From Candidatus Latescibacterota bacterium (GTDB lineage: Bacteria > Latescibacterota > UBA2968 > UBA8231): 64,000 bases of DNA. A model generated the notes under the pieces. That model worked only from the letters and a program-made list of their open reading frames with translations, was not told the DNA's origin and did no database searches. Numbering within the stretch: position 1 is the first letter of the stretch; every line of letters begins with the position of its first letter. A program made the position numbers and the translations under genes. Positions 10,481 to 21,084 of this stretch are shown here, piece after piece. The stretch is taken from NCBI GenBank assembly GCA_965248265.1, contig CBDFJF010000002.1, forward strand, positions 1,504,001 to 1,568,000. The letters are read 5' to 3'.

Positions 10481-10637
10481 CGATTATTACCTGTCACCGC
10501 TGCCGAGGTTGATGTGACTGGATTGACGTGATCATGATTGCGTGATGATGTGGGGTGCGTGAATGATGAAAGGTAGGACTGATGCGGACAGGCATCCACC
10601 GAACGAGTGGGACCCGATCGATGAGCGACGGCGTCGC

Positions 10638-13600
10638 TTAGCGGGCGACGAGGAAGGGCGCTCGATGCTCGACCGCAGATCCGGCGTCGTCGCGAGCCCG
10701 GATGCGATATAGGTACGTGCCGTTAGCCAGCTGACTCCCGCCGCTGTCACGCCCGTTCCACTTCGTCTGGGAAAAGCCTGGTGGCTGGCGATGAGGGTCG
10801 AGACGCCTGATCAAGCGGCCATTTAAGGAAAACAGCTCCACCGTCACTACAGCTTCGTGTGAGAGCACGTAAGTGAAGGAAGCCGGTCCGGTGACTGGGT
10901 TGGGATAGACCAGTGGATTGGCCAGGGTCAGGTCATCGGTGACTAAGAGGCGAATTTCCGACTGATAGCGTTTCTCTCCGATGTGCAGACTGACTCGCAA
11001 AAGATGGTCTCCTCGGTCCGCGCTCGGGCGGTAGAGAACGCGCCCACCGCTCAACAGCGAATCGGCCTCTGCGGGTTGCCCGTCGACGACAAGCTCGATC
11101 TCTCCCTCATCCACACCGGTCGCCGCGATAATGAGGCCCTGTCCCGCCAGGATCGGATCCCCGGACACAAAAGGACGACCCTCCGGCCACAGGCTGAAGG
11201 CGAATGCAGGCAACACAGTCTGGGATAGCTCAATTTCGAACACATTGTCGCCCGGGTCCGCGTCAGGGATTGGGATCTCGAGGTGGGCAAACAATCGACG
11301 GCCGGTCAGCGGCCTGGGTATGGAATCCAGCGAAACAACATGGGTTTCTCCGCGAAGAAGCACCGGTACGGTGGTCGAGACCAATTCCACGCCATCGTCC
11401 GTTCGGGCGACCACCCGGACCCCGGCGACGGCGAATGGCGAGAGATTGCGGATCGTCACCAGCGCCCGCAGGCCATCATCCCCGTCGGCGTGTTCGACAG
11501 CGGCAATCCGTAACGACGGATTCGCTCTGAAACGGACCTGTAACGCCGAGAGTGTCGGAGCGAGCGTGTTCCGCTGGCGCAGTGATGCGCGCAATCGCAA
11601 CCGCGGGTGCCGGGTTGCATCGATGGCGTTCAAGTCGATGCGCTGCGCCTCCATGTCCCGGTATTCCTCGAGCGGTCGCCATTCGCCACTGCTCTCATTT
11701 TCGCTCAGCAGATCAATGCGCAGATCGCCAGTGGTCGCTGTTGCCTCGATATCGAGACTCGACCAGGTGTGAGCCGGTCCGATAGGGTCTGTTGTGAGTG
11801 TGCCTGAACTCAGCTGGCTCAAACCCGTATACCGATACACGTCGGAGCCCAAAAGATCCCCGAGCCAGACCTTGTTGTTGACCCAGTCGTACTGACCGGA
11901 TACCGAATGAGTCGTTTCCTGCTCAGACACCCACTCGTCCAGAAAACGCCCATCGAAGGCATCTATCATGCGAATGCGGTAGCTGTCGTCGAATTCGAGC
12001 AGGTAGAGTCGCTCGCCATCCGCCAACAGGCCATCCGTCCACATGTAGGTGAAGCCGGTTTCCGTTGGCTCCGAGGTGAATTCGCGCACAATGCGCCAGC
12101 CGTCGGCCGGGTCGAACACCCGCACGCCCCACCCGGTGCGAACCCCCGACACCGAGCTCATCGAGGCGTTGTAGATGTAGCGGCCGTCAGAGGCGATCAG
12201 AAAGTGCCCGTCCTCGACAAGGCCGGATCGCCATTCGAGCATTCCCTCAGTAACCGCGATCGTGTCCAGCAGGCCGGATTCGGTCGAGATGCGCTCGAGC
12301 TCGAAGGCGTTCCCGTTTTCGTTGTAGATGAAGCCATCGCTGTGATAGGTCGCCGAGATACCCGCCGTTGACGGGCCGGAAAGGAACTCGTACAGGCGTC
12401 CGGCCTCGGTGCCGTTGAATCCGGTGCCGATGCGGGCGAACTCATCCACTCCCGGATAGACCGTCGACCCGTCATTGAACCAGCGCTTGGCGTAGAGGTA
12501 GGTACCGTCGGTACAGACGATCCCGGCACCTTCCAGGCCGGTCACGGCGAAGTTGTCTTCGCGCTGCGTGCCGTCGGGATGAAACGAGAGGGCCGCCGCC
12601 GAGATCTGCAACTGACGCGCCTCGTCGAGGATGAGATTGCCGGCATCGCCTCCCAGCAGCTGCGGTCCCTGCTGCCGCCACAAACGCTCATCGTCCGGGG
12701 CATCGGCACCGATGCCGTCCGCGAGCAGGGCGAATCCCTGGCTGTCACTCCAGGGACCTGACGTCGCGCCGTCGACGACACGAGCACGCCAAATGAGGTC
12801 GGCTCCTGATTGCGCTGAATCGACCACGGCAGGGCTCACCCCCGGGGAATAGATCGCGATGCCGTTGTCGGTAGCCACCGGCATCGAAGCCGCCAGAGCC
12901 GACTCCGGAGTGAGGGGACGCTGTGTTCCGAGCAGGAATTCTACGGAGTAGGTATTTCCCCCCGCATCATCAGCCAGCGGTACGACGGCTTCGAGGGTGA
13001 AATCGGGAGACGACACCACTCCACCAGCCGGTGGGAAGATCGGCGTGGCCACCGTTGACTCGAGAATCTCGACGTCTACGGACAGCTGGTTGTTAAACTC
13101 GTCGATCTCGGCGACGCGACCGTGCGGGTCGACGACGACCTCAAGACGGTACGGCCCGGCGCTATGTTCGATTGCCCAGTCCAGGTTGAGCGTGTCTGAG
13201 CCGACGAAAGAGGGATACACCAGATGGGCAATCGTGTCCGGTTCGGCGTCGCCGCGGCTGAAGCCGAACAGAGCGATAGCCAGGCTATCCGCTGTGAGCC
13301 TGGCGTTGTTCCGCACCACCAGTTCGATCTGGGTATTGAATCCATGCATCAGAGGCGCTGATTGAGCGCGTAACGACACCGGGGTGTAATCGGCAAGAAC
13401 CGGCAAGGCCAGTTCCTGCGCAGGGTCGCCGAACAGCTGCATCGTGAGAGCGGCCTCGACAAAGGAGGAGCGCTCAGTCAGCACAGCGACCTTGGCGGCG
13501 TTGAGTGTCGGGCCAAAAGCGAGCAAGCCGTCCTCGAATATCTGACGGTACATATGGTCGGACAGCAGATCGTTCTGGGCGACGAAACTGATAGCACTGG

Positions 13601-16274
13601 AAGAGATGTAGGCGATAGCACCGCCGTCCTCTAGCCTCGTGAATACCTCGCCGACGCTGTCGACCGTTGGGTTCACAGACATGCCGTTTAGGCACGACAG
13701 AGCCAGAACCAGCGGGAGTTTGCGGCCGTTGTTGATGTGACCGGCGTATCCCCAATCAGGTATCAGGCCTATGACGAACTGCATGAAGTTGGCGCTGCCG
13801 TGGCCGGCAAAGTTTACGAGCAGGGCTCCCCGATTCAACGCGTTGAGAAAGGCCTGACCGGTCACGTTTGGTACTGGAGTGTTGTCCGGGTTGTAGATCT
13901 TGACCGACTCGAGTCCAAACGGTTCGGTATAGGTCCGCGCGAGTGCGTCGCTCGGTTCTGTAAAGCTCCCTTTAGCGTGGTAGTTGGCCAGATAAATGAC
14001 TCGACTGCGCCAATCGCCGCCCTCGGGATCCGTGTCGTAGCGGATGATGCGATCGACGGTCTCATCCGCCTGCTCCGTGCCCTCTACGGCGAGGCGGCCC
14101 AGGGCGAGGTCCGGCAGCAGGTCGTCGCCGTCGACGAGCGTGTACAGGTAATCACTGGGGGAGTGCCCGCGATTGCGCGCCTGGTAATACTGCGAGGGCA
14201 CGTAGCTCGGTCTACCGCCGCCAATGATGTTGCGGTAGTCGTAGGTGGCGTCGCCCATCAACAAGACGTAGGCGGGGGCAGGTTGCCAGTTGTCGTAGGT
14301 GTACTGTATGAAGTCGGCGATCGCGTTGCGCTGGATCTGACCACCGGAAAACTCGTCGTAAACGTCTGTCACGTTGACGACCTCGACGTCCAACCCGCTC
14401 TGCCGGCGATGGTCGGCCAATCGGTTCGAGGCGTTGACGAACAGGTCATGAGTGATGATGACGTAGTCGGCCCCGTTTGCCGGTGAGCGCCAATCAGAGG
14501 CCATGTCGACGAATCCTCGCGGGACGAGTATGCTGAGGCTGTCGGCGGCCACGTAAAACGGCTCATGGGAGGGTGCGTCTTCGAAGGTGGCTACGAAAAG
14601 CCCATCGGGTGACGGTTCTACCAGCGCGTCCGTGATGCGGACACTGCTGGCTACATCAAACAGGAAGACGTTCGGATGGGAGAGTTTGCGCAAGGTGATG
14701 CGTCTGCCAACGGAGGGGGTCTGAGGGAAAGCCAGATGCCCCGGGAAGGTGTCGTAACGCCGGCGGTACTGGAGCTCGAACCAGTTGAAATAGACGCGGT
14801 CAAAGGGGGCCTGGTCGGCAAAAACCTGCACGGTCACGCGATTGGTCGGTTCGTCCTCATTGATGTAGGTAGATGGGATTTCCTCATCGACCAGCAACCC
14901 GACCTGACCCTCCCAAATAGTGTCGTCGACTATGTGTTCGTTAAATTTCAAAACGGTATGGTGTCCAAGTTGGCTCCAACCATGCAAGGAAACCCGCAGG
15001 CGGGTGAGGTATTCCTCTTCGAGAAAAGGCGCGGAGATCTCTCCCCTCACCACAGTCGATCCGATTTTGCCTGGTTGGTCTGCTTTGATCCGCGGATTGA
15101 ACCAGTGGTCACCCTCGTTGTCGACGACGAACTCGAGCTGGTCGAACCAGAGATCGCTTTCAAAATGGGAGGTCGCCCAATACCACTCCGAGGCCGGGTA
15201 ATCGTTGATCGGAGCCCCCGACTGTGAACCAAAGCGCTTGCCTGGCTCGCCGCCCCAGGAGAACCAGTAGATATTCTTCTTGCCATAGAGGCTGTCGTGG
15301 TCTCTCTCCACTCCCTGTGCGTCCCGAAATCGCCGCTTGCGCCCGAAAAACAGGCAGAAGTCGGCTTCGTCGAACGAACCGTCCTCTCCTCCCTCCACGT
15401 AGAGGGGCTGCTCCTCGCCATCCAGAAACAGGCGAAACGTCCGGGGGTCGATACCGTCCGCTTCGAGGAAGCGGCGCTCGAGCCAACCTCTGTCAATCTT
15501 GTGGATGCTCTCCTCCACGACGAGGATTTTGACCCACTTTTTCGCAGGGTCGTACCAACCGCCGTCAACACCCCCCTGCGTCGTTTTTCTTACCGCGATG
15601 GGTGACCGTTGGAAACGAGGAGGGTTCAGGAACGGGGCGTATAGGGCTGCGGTGGGCCCCACAGACGCCGTCGCGGGAAACGGTTTGCCGCGAAAGCCGC
15701 CTTCGAAGCGGAGGGCCAGGACCATCCGCTCATAGACCCGGAGGGTGCGTCCCTGCGCATGGTAAGCGACCGGGTACAGGCGTAGCGCGTGCGCAGGCAC
15801 GCCTCTGATGGAGCCTATCTGCTCCAGTCTGGCTCTCGCCTGCGGCCACAACAGGCCAGGTTCGTAAGGCAACTGTTGATCGAGGTCGTTGGGCTCTTGG
15901 CCTTGAGCGACGGCGTAGTCAACTCCCTCGTATTCGACGAATTCCGCTTCAAGCACCTCGACTGATACCGTGGCATTTGGAGGCGCGGCCACGAGCTCGG
16001 CAAAGAAAGGAAGGGCCGGCAAACCCGAGCTCTGCAGGCGTGGCACCGCGCCGGGTAGCATCAACTCCTGGTGTTGGCCACTCTCCGTGGCGGAGAGGAG
16101 CGCAGTCGGCATCACAAACTCGACGAGCAATCGGTCGGCGGACTCGTCCACAATCCGCAATGGCGAAGCCTCAGCGCCGATACACCAGATGAACACAAGC
16201 ACGATGCAGAAGAGCATCCTCAAGCAGCCGGTCAGTACCGAGATACAGCTAGCCATGCGACGGTCAGGTAACAA
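10638..16274 (-). CDS. Secreted C25 (gingipain/PorU-like) cysteine peptidase with CARDB-like domains and a C-terminal FlgD-Ig/T9SS-like tail; start uncertain
   Basis: ADYVIITH, VYDEFSGG, YVLLMGDATYDYR, LGRL, NFAGHGS and LSCLNG (His/Cys), LFGDPA, VDPHGRVAEIDEFNN, YPNP...WNGRD..G..LANGTYLYRI. Confidence 0.88.
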   Translation of the reverse strand: MLPDRRMASCISVLTGCLRMLFCIVLVFIWCIGAEASPLRIVDESADRLLVEFVMPTALLSATESGQHQELMLPGAVPRLQSSGLPALPFFAELVAAPPNATVSVEVLEAEFVEYEGVDYAVAQGQEPNDLDQQLPYEPGLLWPQARARLEQIGSIRGVPAHALRLYPVAYHAQGRTLRVYERMVLALRFEGGFRGKPFPATASVGPTAALYAPFLNPPRFQRSPIAVRKTTQGGVDGGWYDPAKKWVKILVVEESIHKIDRGWLERRFLEADGIDPRTFRLFLDGEEQPLYVEGGEDGSFDEADFCLFFGRKRRFRDAQGVERDHDSLYGKKNIYWFSWGGEPGKRFGSQSGAPINDYPASEWYWATSHFESDLWFDQLEFVVDNEGDHWFNPRIKADQPGKIGSTVVRGEISAPFLEEEYLTRLRVSLHGWSQLGHHTVLKFNEHIVDDTIWEGQVGLLVDEEIPSTYINEDEPTNRVTVQVFADQAPFDRVYFNWFELQYRRRYDTFPGHLAFPQTPSVGRRITLRKLSHPNVFLFDVASSVRITDALVEPSPDGLFVATFEDAPSHEPFYVAADSLSILVPRGFVDMASDWRSPANGADYVIITHDLFVNASNRLADHRRQSGLDVEVVNVTDVYDEFSGGQIQRNAIADFIQYTYDNWQPAPAYVLLMGDATYDYRNIIGGGRPSYVPSQYYQARNRGHSPSDYLYTLVDGDDLLPDLALGRLAVEGTEQADETVDRIIRYDTDPEGGDWRSRVIYLANYHAKGSFTEPSDALARTYTEPFGLESVKIYNPDNTPVPNVTGQAFLNALNRGALLVNFAGHGSANFMQFVIGLIPDWGYAGHINNGRKLPLVLALSCLNGMSVNPTVDSVGEVFTRLEDGGAIAYISSSAISFVAQNDLLSDHMYRQIFEDGLLAFGPTLNAAKVAVLTERSSFVEAALTMQLFGDPAQELALPVLADYTPVSLRAQSAPLMHGFNTQIELVVRNNARLTADSLAIALFGFSRGDAEPDTIAHLVYPSFVGSDTLNLDWAIEHSAGPYRLEVVVDPHGRVAEIDEFNNQLSVDVEILESTVATPIFPPAGGVVSSPDFTLEAVVPLADDAGGNTYSVEFLLGTQRPLTPESALAASMPVATDNGIAIYSPGVSPAVVDSAQSGADLIWRARVVDGATSGPWSDSQGFALLADGIGADAPDDERLWRQQGPQLLGGDAGNLILDEARQLQISAAALSFHPDGTQREDNFAVTGLEGAGIVCTDGTYLYAKRWFNDGSTVYPGVDEFARIGTGFNGTEAGRLYEFLSGPSTAGISATYHSDGFIYNENGNAFELERISTESGLLDTIAVTEGMLEWRSGLVEDGHFLIASDGRYIYNASMSSVSGVRTGWGVRVFDPADGWRIVREFTSEPTETGFTYMWTDGLLADGERLYLLEFDDSYRIRMIDAFDGRFLDEWVSEQETTHSVSGQYDWVNNKVWLGDLLGSDVYRYTGLSQLSSGTLTTDPIGPAHTWSSLDIEATATTGDLRIDLLSENESSGEWRPLEEYRDMEAQRIDLNAIDATRHPRLRLRASLRQRNTLAPTLSALQVRFRANPSLRIAAVEHADGDDGLRALVTIRNLSPFAVAGVRVVARTDDGVELVSTTVPVLLRGETHVVSLDSIPRPLTGRRLFAHLEIPIPDADPGDNVFEIELSQTVLPAFAFSLWPEGRPFVSGDPILAGQGLIIAATGVDEGEIELVVDGQPAEADSLLSGGRVLYRPSADRGDHLLRVSLHIGEKRYQSEIRLLVTDDLTLANPLVYPNPVTGPASFTYVLSHEAVVTVELFSLNGRLIRRLDPHRQPPGFSQTKWNGRDSGGSQLANGTYLYRIRARDDAGSAVEHRAPFLVAR

Positions 16275-16435
16275 CGCGGTCCGTAAATACTGGGGGTAGT
16301 GTTATACAGTTCGATGAGGGACAAGACCATTTCCGGGGTATGCGTAACGTACGGATTGGGCGTCTGGTGTCCATGGTCTGACCATCACAATCGGTAAATA
16401 GTTCCGGCGGCAGCGATCCGACTCGATCATGTCAC

Positions 16436-17572
16436 TTACTTCACAAATTCTCCGTCGGGATTCAGCAGGAAATCATAAATCGACTTGGCTACAACCCGAT
16501 TCCCCTCCGGGGTGTGGTGGCAGTGGTCGAAGAAGAGAGGCGTCGATGAGGCGTGGGCCTCACGCAATACGGGAAGCAAGTCGAGGAAGGGAACACCGAG
16601 CACTCCGGTGAGCTCCGTAAGTCGCCTCTGTGGATAGTCTTCGACGAACGCGGCTTCAACCTGAGCGCGGACAGGAAACCCCACGACACGGAGTTGAAAT
16701 CCGTTCTCATCCGCGAGACGCTTCATTTGCTCGAAGCAGGAAGATACGAGCGGCCAGGTGCGTGGACTCCAGGCGCCTCCCCAATCGCGGAACGCTCCGA
16801 GCACCTGATCATCGAACTGCCTCAAATCTTCGCGACCCCTATGACGTGAGGCGAGTTCAGCCTCGAATTCACTTCGGGCAGCTCGCGTGTCGAGGCGTCG
16901 CGAAACGGACGCCTTCACACGGTGGTAGGTCCACCACGTGTGCGAGGCGAGCCGACTCCCGTCAAGGGGGTAAGGCAGTGGTTTGATCCGAACCCCAGGG
17001 GACTCGTGAAAGTCGTTCAGATACCAGCAGACAATCACGACGTCAGGCTCTACGGAGATGCCCGTTTCCATCAGGACGGCGAGTTCATTCTCGATTCCAA
17101 TCGCTCCGATGCCGGCGTTGATGGTCTCCCACGCGAGGCCGTCAGATCGAGCCCTTTCTTCGACGACTCTCACGAAGGTTTCCGCTTCGGGCAAGTAGTC
17201 GCCGAAGGTGATCGAATCTCCGAGGAACAGGATACGGCTGCCACGCTTCTTTGCGATCTCACGGTTGCGGTAGCCTAGGCTGTTCGTTGAGATTTCGACT
17301 TTGCGGCCACTGAGCAGGTGATTTTCGATCGTGACCTGCGTGTTGGGACGGAGCCTGCCGCCGGTCGGCGTGTGCACGTAAATCGAAGATTGTCCAGGGT
17401 GGTTCGCGACGCTGTGTCGCGGTACAGGCGCCAACGGGTTGTAGCCCTGAGTTCTGACTCGGACGTGTAGAGGCTCGGGCAAGATAATCCGCGCCAGCCC
17501 TTCCGTGACGAGGAGAGATATCAGGACAGAGGCGCCGGCCAGTGTGAGCTTGTGGCGTGTTTCCTGTCTCAC
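16436..17572 (-). CDS. SGNH/GDSL hydrolase, membrane anchored
   Basis: NSLGYR, FLGDSITFG, INAG, YLNDF, DHCH. Confidence 0.88.
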   Translation of the reverse strand: MRQETRHKLTLAGASVLISLLVTEGLARIILPEPLHVRVRTQGYNPLAPVPRHSVANHPGQSSIYVHTPTGGRLRPNTQVTIENHLLSGRKVEISTNSLGYRNREIAKKRGSRILFLGDSITFGDYLPEAETFVRVVEERARSDGLAWETINAGIGAIGIENELAVLMETGISVEPDVVIVCWYLNDFHESPGVRIKPLPYPLDGSRLASHTWWTYHRVKASVSRRLDTRAARSEFEAELASRHRGREDLRQFDDQVLGAFRDWGGAWSPRTWPLVSSCFEQMKRLADENGFQLRVVGFPVRAQVEAAFVEDYPQRRLTELTGVLGVPFLDLLPVLREAHASSTPLFFDHCHHTPEGNRVVAKSIYDFLLNPDGEFVK

Positions 17573-17807
17573 CTTGTCGCGTCTCGTTCCTCGCCCCCCG
17601 TCGTCGCGCCGTTCCAGAAGACGTCATTCGTCCCCGCGGCTCGTGGCCAAGTCGTGGGAGTCCCATTACCGTAGAATCTACATCAGAATCTGCATCGCCG
17701 TCGTCGGCAGCTCAGCAGTGGGCACCTGAATATGTTAAAGTAGAGTCACGACCGCTATTGATAAACTTACAACCCAATCCACCCAGATCGACAGCGGCAG
17801 CTCTTTC

Positions 17808-18330
17808 TTGACGACGGGGTGGTACTGGGGGTATACCACGCTGACGGAAGCCTCCCATTCCCTCTATGCCACTTCACCAGATGGGATCAATTGGGAGCGT
17901 TCCAATCTCGGACTCTTTGAGTGGAATGGCAGCAAAGCGAACAAAATCGCCTTCGACTCAGCTGATTGGAACCTCTCTCACGTAATTCGCGACGAGGGCG
18001 ACCCCGACCCACAGCTCCGCTACAAGGCGCTGTTCAGCGATGCGGCACACCTGATCGCCATCCCGGTTTTTCACCCGATGGTTTCGAGTAACTTTCCCGG
18101 ATGTGCTACCCATCCCGAGTCAGGAAACCTCCCAGCTCGCTCATGACCGGTCCGCCAATCGCTATCCGGCCACGGTGAAGCATCGGACCCAGTGGGGTCG
18201 ATCAGCGTGGTTAGTGGAGAGCACGGACTTCGTCCACTGGACCGATCCCGAACTGGTCATGCACTCCGACGAAATCGACCAGGAGAACCGGCGCGGACGG
18301 ATACAGGACGTCGTCGACGATCCGGCCTAT
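17808..18330 (+). pseudogene. Frameshifted remnant of a beta-propeller glycosidase-like gene
   Basis: YATSPDGINWERSNLGLFEWNGS and DPDPQLRYKALF in one frame, ESTDFVHWTDPEL in another; same motifs as 44959 and 46399. Confidence 0.75.
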
Positions 18331-18474
18331 CTGTCACCACAGCGGCCAACGCCAGCACAAGCATTGGGGGGCTTCGTGGCCCTGTACATGCCACCTTCTA
18401 CGTTACGTAACTTCTCTTGTTCAAAGGAGTTAGATGCTATATCCTAATGGTTTACGAAGACGGGATAACGGACA

Positions 18475-19629
18475 ATGGCGGAAACAGACTCTGTAGAGTT
18501 ACACATTGGCACCCAAAAGCCACGCGGCAAATGGTGTACGGACGGCTCTATCGAGTTGTCGGAGCGTGATTTGCAGCCTGACGCTCGAGTTGGAGACAGG
18601 CTTGTAACGGCACCAGCCGGCGCGATTCGAGCCGGGATAAACACGCGCTCAGAGACCACCAGCACCGGCGAGGAATTTCACGCCACAACCGACGGAAACG
18701 TGCAAATCGACAAGAACGAGATAAGGATCGTGCCTCTTCTGGCCGTCGACACCGATATCGGATACGACACCGGCAATCTGGATTTTGAGGGGGATGTCTT
18801 CGTCAAGGGTGGCATCGGACGAGGATACTCAGTCAAGGCTGGTGGCAGTGTGGTCGTCGCCGGCAGCGTCGCCGAGGGATCATCGGTGATGGCAAAGGGC
18901 GATGTCATCGTGTGCCAAGGGATCGAAGGCCGCAAGACCAAGGTGATTGCCGTCGGTGACGTGCGCACACTGCACGTTTTGGAGGCGACCGTCCATTGCG
19001 CCGGCGACCTTACGGTCGGCAATCACGTCAAGGATGCCCATCTGCGCTGCGGCGGCCTGCTGACGGTCGACAAGGGCGAGGGCAATCTGGGTGGCAGCAT
19101 CGCCGGTGGGCAGTCCTGGGGCCGCAAAGGAGTGGAAGTGCACCAAGCGGGTAGTCCGACCGGAGCGTCGACGGCCCTGAATGCCGGTCTGCAGCCGGAC
19201 CAGGCCGGTCAACTCGACGCGCTGCAAAAGAAGATGAGCGAGCTCGGAAAGCAGATCGATCGGCACCTGTCACGCTTCCAACTGGAAGTCGTTGATGTGC
19301 CGCAGATTCAGAAAATGATAGCCGCCTCGACGGGGCCGCAGCGGAAGTTACTGGCGCGCGCAGCCAAGCAGCTGGGCGAATTATTGCAGATGAACCAGCG
19401 GCTACTAGATGAGCGTGGCGAGATCGAGAACAAGATGACCCGGTCGCTTTCGGGTGCCAAGATCAGGATAGCCGAGAAGGTGTACCCGGGCGTTGAGGTG
19501 CGTCTGGGTGACCACAAGCGGCGGCTGAAGGAAGCAGCGGAGGCGCTCTTGTTCTATGTGGAAGGCGAAGAACTGCGGGAAACGGCGCCAACCGGTGGCG
19601 GCAATTTGCAGACTGAGGCGGAGTCATGA
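18475..19629 (+). CDS. FapA/DUF342 family protein, short form
   Basis: DGSIEL, DIGYDTGNLDFEGDVFVKG, beta-solenoid repeats, coiled coil, VYPGVEVRLG. Confidence 0.88.
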   Translation: MAETDSVELHIGTQKPRGKWCTDGSIELSERDLQPDARVGDRLVTAPAGAIRAGINTRSETTSTGEEFHATTDGNVQIDKNEIRIVPLLAVDTDIGYDTGNLDFEGDVFVKGGIGRGYSVKAGGSVVVAGSVAEGSSVMAKGDVIVCQGIEGRKTKVIAVGDVRTLHVLEATVHCAGDLTVGNHVKDAHLRCGGLLTVDKGEGNLGGSIAGGQSWGRKGVEVHQAGSPTGASTALNAGLQPDQAGQLDALQKKMSELGKQIDRHLSRFQLEVVDVPQIQKMIAASTGPQRKLLARAAKQLGELLQMNQRLLDERGEIENKMTRSLSGAKIRIAEKVYPGVEVRLGDHKRRLKEAAEALLFYVEGEELRETAPTGGGNLQTEAES

Positions 19630-21080
19630 GAGTGGTTGCAGCCATGCTGTGGCTGTGCGCCGTCCTGCCAGCCGACAGTACGCAGCGACTGGTGTTTGCC
19701 GCTGCCCAGACAACGGACGCCTACGCTGCCGCAGCGGTTCTGGAAGAAGCGTACGGCCGCTTGGGAATCGACATCGAGGTCGATTATCTCCCCGGACTTA
19801 CCGCACTGACCCAGGCTAACGCGGGGATGTATGACGGTGACGTCCAGCGGGTCGCCGGCCTGGAGCGCCAGTACCACAACCTGGCTCAATTGTCGATCCC
19901 GGTGAACTACCTGCACGGCGCGGCTTTCTCGAAACGACGCGATGTGGTGGTTGCCGGATGGTATAGTCTGCGACCCTACCGAATAGGGATAGTCAGCGGA
20001 ATCAAGTTTGCAGAGGCAGGGACGCGCGGAATGGATGTGCGTGTCGGCGATTCGTACGTCGACCTGCTGGCATGGGTCGAGGCCGACCAGATCGACTTCG
20101 CGATCATGCCAGTCATCAACGGTCTTGTAGCCTTGAAGTCCCTCGAGGATTCTCGAATTCAGCAAGCCGGCGTCGTGCTCGAGACCTTGTTTCTCTACCA
20201 CTATGTCAACAAGAAGCACCAGGAACTCGTGCCGAGGCTAGAAAAAGTTTTGAACCAGATGTTGACGGAGCGGGCAACCAAGCGCATACGGGACGAGCTC
20301 TACGCAGATCTACTGGGCATCGAAGTAGCGGATCTGGAGCGCGCGGGGACTCCCTCTCGTCAGTCGGTCGACTCATCGGCTCCTATTGCTGCTCGTCAGC
20401 CAGGTAACGAATCTCGGCAGGGAGCCACCAAGCGTCTCGAATTCTCCACGAGCGCTGAGTCTCGTGAGACGGAAGCCGCTGCCGCGGTTCTGCGAGAGGC
20501 GTACCGACGGCTCGGTTACGAGATCGAGCTCCGCAAGTATGAGGGGCACTCCGGGTTGAGCCAGGCGAACGCAGGTTTGGTCGACGGAGAGCTCATGCGC
20601 ATCGATGGACTCAGCCGACGCTATGACAATCTGGTGCAGATTTCGATTCCATTGAACTACGCCCCCATGGTCGTGTTCGCGCGAGACGCAGACTTTAACG
20701 TCGGGGGCTGGAATAGCCTGCAACCGTACCGAATCGGAATTGTCCAAGGAGTTCTCCTGAGTGAACAGGGAACGCGCGGCATGGACACGCGCCCCGCCGA
20801 TTCGTTTGACCAACTGGTTCGATGGTTGGCCAACGGCAAGATCGATGTTGCCGTAACGCTGCGCGTGAGCGGTCTGATGACCCTGCGGGACTATCCTGAC
20901 TCCGGTGTCCGGGAGCTACCGGGTATGCTGGAAACGATATTTCTCTACCACTACCTGCATTCGAAAAACACCGGCCTCGTCCGTGACGTGGAGCGGGTGT
21001 TGAAGAGCATGCTCCTCGATGGCACGCTGAGGAATATTCACGAGCAATCATACGCCACTCTGCTCGGGACGAAATCCTGA
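19626..21080 (+). CDS. Periplasmic solute-binding protein with two tandem SBP_bac_3-like domains
   Basis: Signal peptide; duplicated VL.EAY.RLG...QANAG..DG...R..GL...Y.NL and LET.FLYHY; ATGA overlap with the fapA-like gene. Confidence 0.85.
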   Translation: MRVVAAMLWLCAVLPADSTQRLVFAAAQTTDAYAAAAVLEEAYGRLGIDIEVDYLPGLTALTQANAGMYDGDVQRVAGLERQYHNLAQLSIPVNYLHGAAFSKRRDVVVAGWYSLRPYRIGIVSGIKFAEAGTRGMDVRVGDSYVDLLAWVEADQIDFAIMPVINGLVALKSLEDSRIQQAGVVLETLFLYHYVNKKHQELVPRLEKVLNQMLTERATKRIRDELYADLLGIEVADLERAGTPSRQSVDSSAPIAARQPGNESRQGATKRLEFSTSAESRETEAAAAVLREAYRRLGYEIELRKYEGHSGLSQANAGLVDGELMRIDGLSRRYDNLVQISIPLNYAPMVVFARDADFNVGGWNSLQPYRIGIVQGVLLSEQGTRGMDTRPADSFDQLVRWLANGKIDVAVTLRVSGLMTLRDYPDSGVRELPGMLETIFLYHYLHSKNTGLVRDVERVLKSMLLDGTLRNIHEQSYATLLGTKS

Positions 21081-21084
21081 CGCC

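Noticed and set aside
10481-10637. Structured RNA or riboswitch in intergenic gaps (also 2632-2939, 58897-59058)
   Set aside because: No recognisable consensus; would need a covariance-model search
17808-18447. Programmed frameshift joining the two short ORFs
   Set aside because: No slippery site seen and the product would still lack both ends of the family
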